Source: Myxococcales bacterium (GTDB taxonomy: Bacteria; Myxococcota; Myxococcia; Myxococcales; Anaeromyxobacteraceae). From it: a stretch of 26,874 bases of DNA. Shown here in pieces: positions 23,959 to 26,874 of this stretch. Numbering within the stretch: position 1 is the stretch's first letter; every line of letters starts with the position of its first letter. The position numbers were made by a program, and so were the translations under genes. Under the pieces are notes generated by a model. The model did no database searches. It saw only the letters and a list, made by a program, of their open reading frames with translations, and was not told the origin of the DNA. The DNA lies in contig JBBQEB010000036.1 of the NCBI GenBank assembly GCA_038320275.1, forward strand, positions 1 to 26,874, in the 5' to 3' direction.

Positions 23959-26874
23959 TTACTCCTCGGCCGCGCGCTCAGCCGTCGGCATGGGGTCGAG
24001 GAGCGTCTCGAGCTTTCCTGCCCAGGTGGGATCCGCCTGAACGGCGGAGCGGCGGCGCTTGCGCCAGCGCTGGTGCACCTCGAACGCGAAGCCGTCCAGC
24101 ACCTCGGGGTCGATGGGGTCGCCGTTCAAGGAGAGCGTCAGGGCGAGCAGCCCCTCCCGCTCGGAGACGTGGTGGAACTGCGCCTCGGCGATCTTGTTGG
24201 GCATGCACTCCAGCGGACCCACCGAGAGCACTGCGTCGATCTCGCCGCGGCGCCAGGCGTGAACCGGTACGCCGATGGTGAGCACCGACTCCACCTCCAG
24301 CTCCTCCCGCAGGTAGGCCTTCGCCGCCCGCAGCGCGTGGGGAACGGGCGCGTGCTCCGGCCACGCCAGGGGCCCTGCCGCGGCGCCGTGGCAGAGAGAC
24401 ACCATGCGCGCCCTCAGCATGCTCTCCAGCCGGTCGAGGGGCCCGCGCTTCGAGCCGTTCTTGAAGGCGATGTAGTCGGAGTACTGGATGAACTCGGAGA
24501 CCGGCTCGAGGCGCGCCCGGATGCCGCGCCGCTCGAGACCCTCGGCGACGTGGTCGTTCGCAAAGGAGTCGGAGCGCACGTAGATCTCGCCCACCACGAG
24601 CACCGTGGGCACCTCGCGCTGGCTCTTCACGGCCGCCAGCTCCTCCGCGGCTCCGCGCAGGAGGGCGGGGATGCCGTACACCTTGCCGCTCGCGACCTCG
24701 AGCAGCACCCGCGCCGAGGAGAGGTCGCCCGAGGCGGCCTCCTCGAGGCGCTTCCACAGCGCGGCGGCCCAGCGCGCGTGGATGGTGTTGGCGGCGCCGT
24801 CCCGCGTCTCGACCGGGCGGACGGCGTGCAGCGCCTCCTCCAGCACGCCCGCAGCCACCGCGCCCGCGAAGATGACCGCCTTGAAGCCGGGCGGCATGCC
24901 CTGGAAGTAGTCGCCGAAGGGCGGCGACCAGAGGCGCACCCGCTCGCCGTGCCCGAGCCGCTCCAGCACCATCTGGTGCAGCCCCTTGTACGCGCCGAAG
25001 CGGCAGGGACCGTCCGACCCCGGCATGAGGAACGCGAAGCGCTCCTCCCGGCACTCCGGCCGTTCGATGCGCTCGAGGAGGCTTCCCAGCGTCACCGTCA
25101 TGGGCAGGCACTCCTTGCCCGAGGTGTACCGGCGGCCGAGCCTCAGCGTCTCGCGCGTCGGCACGGGCAGCGTCTCGGCGCGCGCGCCCACCCCCCGCAG
25201 CGCCGCAGCCACCGCCTCGGCCTCCGGGCCCATGCGCGGCACGAGCACGCGCTCGTTCCGCCGCGCCAGCTCCATCATCTCCTGCGGCACGACGGTGAGC
25301 ATGTCCTCGGAGCGCGGCGCCCCAGCCGGCTCCAGCCTGCCGTCCTCGCGGACGCAGTGGAGGAACGCCTCCACCCGCGTCTTCGTGCCTGCGTCGCCCG
25401 CGTGCCCGTCCGTCTCGATGATGGCGAAGGGGCGCCCCTCCATGAGCCAGGCGAAGGCGTGGACGGTGAAGCTGTCCGGCCCGCACGAGTAGTTGGAGCA
25501 GAAGATCGAGTACAGGCCGGGCTGGCGGCGGAGGTGCCACGCGGCGCGAAGGATCCGCTGCCCGTATCCCCAGAACACGTCCCCGAACACGGGCGCGTCG
25601 GCCGGCACTGGATAGCAGTCCACCGGGATCGCGATGGCGCCCTGCTCGCGCACGATGGCGGGCACGTTCGAGTTGAGGATCTCGTTGTGGATCGTGTAGC
25701 TGCGGCCGAGCACGACCACCGGCGTCACCGACCGTTCGCGGCAGAAGTCGAGCGCCCGCGTCCCGATGGCGAGGAGCTCGTCCTCGAAGCGCTGCTGCTC
25801 GACCCGCGCGGCCCGGAGCGCGGTGCGCCACACCGCCTCGCGCGTCACGCCCAGGCTCTCGGCGAGCCCGCGGCACACCTCGACGAAGCGGTCCGAGTCG
25901 AGGAAGCCCTCTCCCATGTCCACCACGGGCGACACGATCGTCGGGGCGCAGGCCCGCAGGTCGAGGCGCAGCATGTCCGGCGCGGCCTGCACGATCGGGC
26001 AGACGGAAGACACCGCCTCCTTCTCCGACACGCGCGGGATCTCGCGCAGCATGGGGAGGAAGAGGTACTCCGCGCCGCTCTCCGCCATCCCGGCCACGAG
26101 CCCGTGGTACTGCTGCATCGGCGCGCAGAACGGGACGTTCGCCTCCTCCACTCCGCGCTTCAGCGCCTCGCGGCCGGCGCCGCACGTCGGCGCGAGGTCG
26201 AGCCCGAGCGCGTGGACGTAGGTGGCGAAGAACGGGAAGAGCCCCTTCAGCTGGAACTCGTCGGTCATGGCGACCCGCGGGCGGCCGCGGGCCGGCAGGC
26301 GCTCGAGGAGCGCGGAGACGAGCGCCTCCCGCTCGCGGAACGGATCGGGCGCGAGGTCGGGGAGCTTGCCGCGGCGGGTGCCCTTGTCCCACAGCGAGCA
26401 GCCTCCACCCCATGTGAACCGCTGCCGCTCGCCTTCCACCATCGTCGTGAGCCGGTCGATGCGGCAGTGGTTGCCCGCGCCGCCGCAGCCCTGCGTCGCG
26501 TTGCAGACGAACCCGTCCTTGCGCTCGACGACCGCCTCCAGGAACCGCCGCACGTCCGCCGCCGGGAGCTCCCGCACCGGCACGTCGTCGAGCGCGAGGA
26601 GCGCGATCCCGAGCGCGCCCATGAGGCCGGGCTGCGGCGGGACGATCACCTCCGCCCCGGTCTGCCGCGCCACCGCCGCGGCGAGCGCGTCGGACGCGAA
26701 CGGCTGGCCCTGGCAGAAGACGACGCTCCCCACCGAGCGGCTCCCCTTCACCCGGTTCAGGTAGTTCGCCACCACCGAGTCGTAGATGCCGGCGACGATG
26801 CGCTCCCGGGCCACGCCGGACGCGAGCGCCTCGTCGATGATCTCGGCCATGAAGACCGAGCAGTGCTGGCCGAG
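23959..26874 (-). CDS. CoA-substrate-specific enzyme activase (BcrAD/BadFG/HgdC-like) fused to DUF2229 / 2-hydroxyacyl-CoA dehydratase-like domains; 5' end outside window
   Basis: Frame open to the window edge (LGQHCSVFMAE); VFCQGQPF, GLMGALGIAL, CxxxxxC...C...GGGC, PFCAP, NYSCGPDSF, KECLP, GPCRFGAY, VGEIYVR, LECMPNKI. Confidence 0.88.
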   Translation of the reverse strand, partial: LGQHCSVFMAEIIDEALASGVARERIVAGIYDSVVANYLNRVKGSRSVGSVVFCQGQPFASDALAAAVARQTGAEVIVPPQPGLMGALGIALLALDDVPVRELPAADVRRFLEAVVERKDGFVCNATQGCGGAGNHCRIDRLTTMVEGERQRFTWGGGCSLWDKGTRRGKLPDLAPDPFREREALVSALLERLPARGRPRVAMTDEFQLKGLFPFFATYVHALGLDLAPTCGAGREALKRGVEEANVPFCAPMQQYHGLVAGMAESGAEYLFLPMLREIPRVSEKEAVSSVCPIVQAAPDMLRLDLRACAPTIVSPVVDMGEGFLDSDRFVEVCRGLAESLGVTREAVWRTALRAARVEQQRFEDELLAIGTRALDFCRERSVTPVVVLGRSYTIHNEILNSNVPAIVREQGAIAIPVDCYPVPADAPVFGDVFWGYGQRILRAAWHLRRQPGLYSIFCSNYSCGPDSFTVHAFAWLMEGRPFAIIETDGHAGDAGTKTRVEAFLHCVREDGRLEPAGAPRSEDMLTVVPQEMMELARRNERVLVPRMGPEAEAVAAALRGVGARAETLPVPTRETLRLGRRYTSGKECLPMTVTLGSLLERIERPECREERFAFLMPGSDGPCRFGAYKGLHQMVLERLGHGERVRLWSPPFGDYFQGMPPGFKAVIFAGAVAAGVLEEALHAVRPVETRDGAANTIHARWAAALWKRLEEAASGDLSSARVLLEVASGKVYGIPALLRGAAEELAAVKSQREVPTVLVVGEIYVRSDSFANDHVAEGLERRGIRARLEPVSEFIQYSDYIAFKNGSKRGPLDRLESMLRARMVSLCHGAAAGPLAWPEHAPVPHALRAAKAYLREELEVESVLTIGVPVHAWRRGEIDAVLSVGPLECMPNKIAEAQFHHVSEREGLLALTLSLNGDPIDPEVLDGFAFEVHQRWRKRRRSAVQADPTWAGKLETLLDPMPTAERAAEE

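Overview
Very GC-rich bacterial chromosomal window. Gene content (EpmA, DUF4388-TruD, Pkn-type Ser/Thr kinase, FHA-GAF-cyclase protein) suggests an Anaeromyxobacter/Myxococcota-like organism; this is an inference. There are about 21 protein-coding genes. The centre is a six-gene, translationally coupled hydrogenase-4-like operon whose large subunit lacks both Ni-binding CxxC motifs, i.e. an Ehr (energy-converting hydrogenase-related) complex. Directly upstream and co-directional lies an FHA-GAF-pseudo-cyclase gene, which is divergent from a Ser/Thr kinase. Other genes: epmA, a zinc-ribbon/PspC protein, a GlsB/YeaQ protein, an aldo/keto reductase, truD, a DUF4388 protein, a PAS-HisKA protein with a degenerate ATPase domain, panE, an M64 peptidase, a TauE exporter and a 5'-truncated CoA-activase/dehydratase-like gene. 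Signals not in the ORF track: a type I-E-CRISPR-like repeat-spacer-repeat unit with a 61-nt period upstream of epmA, a perfect 22-bp palindrome at 4138-4159, and a frameshifted histidine-kinase remnant at 23786-23951. Several proteins appear to be pseudoenzymes. No rRNA, tRNA, transposase or cas gene was recognised.
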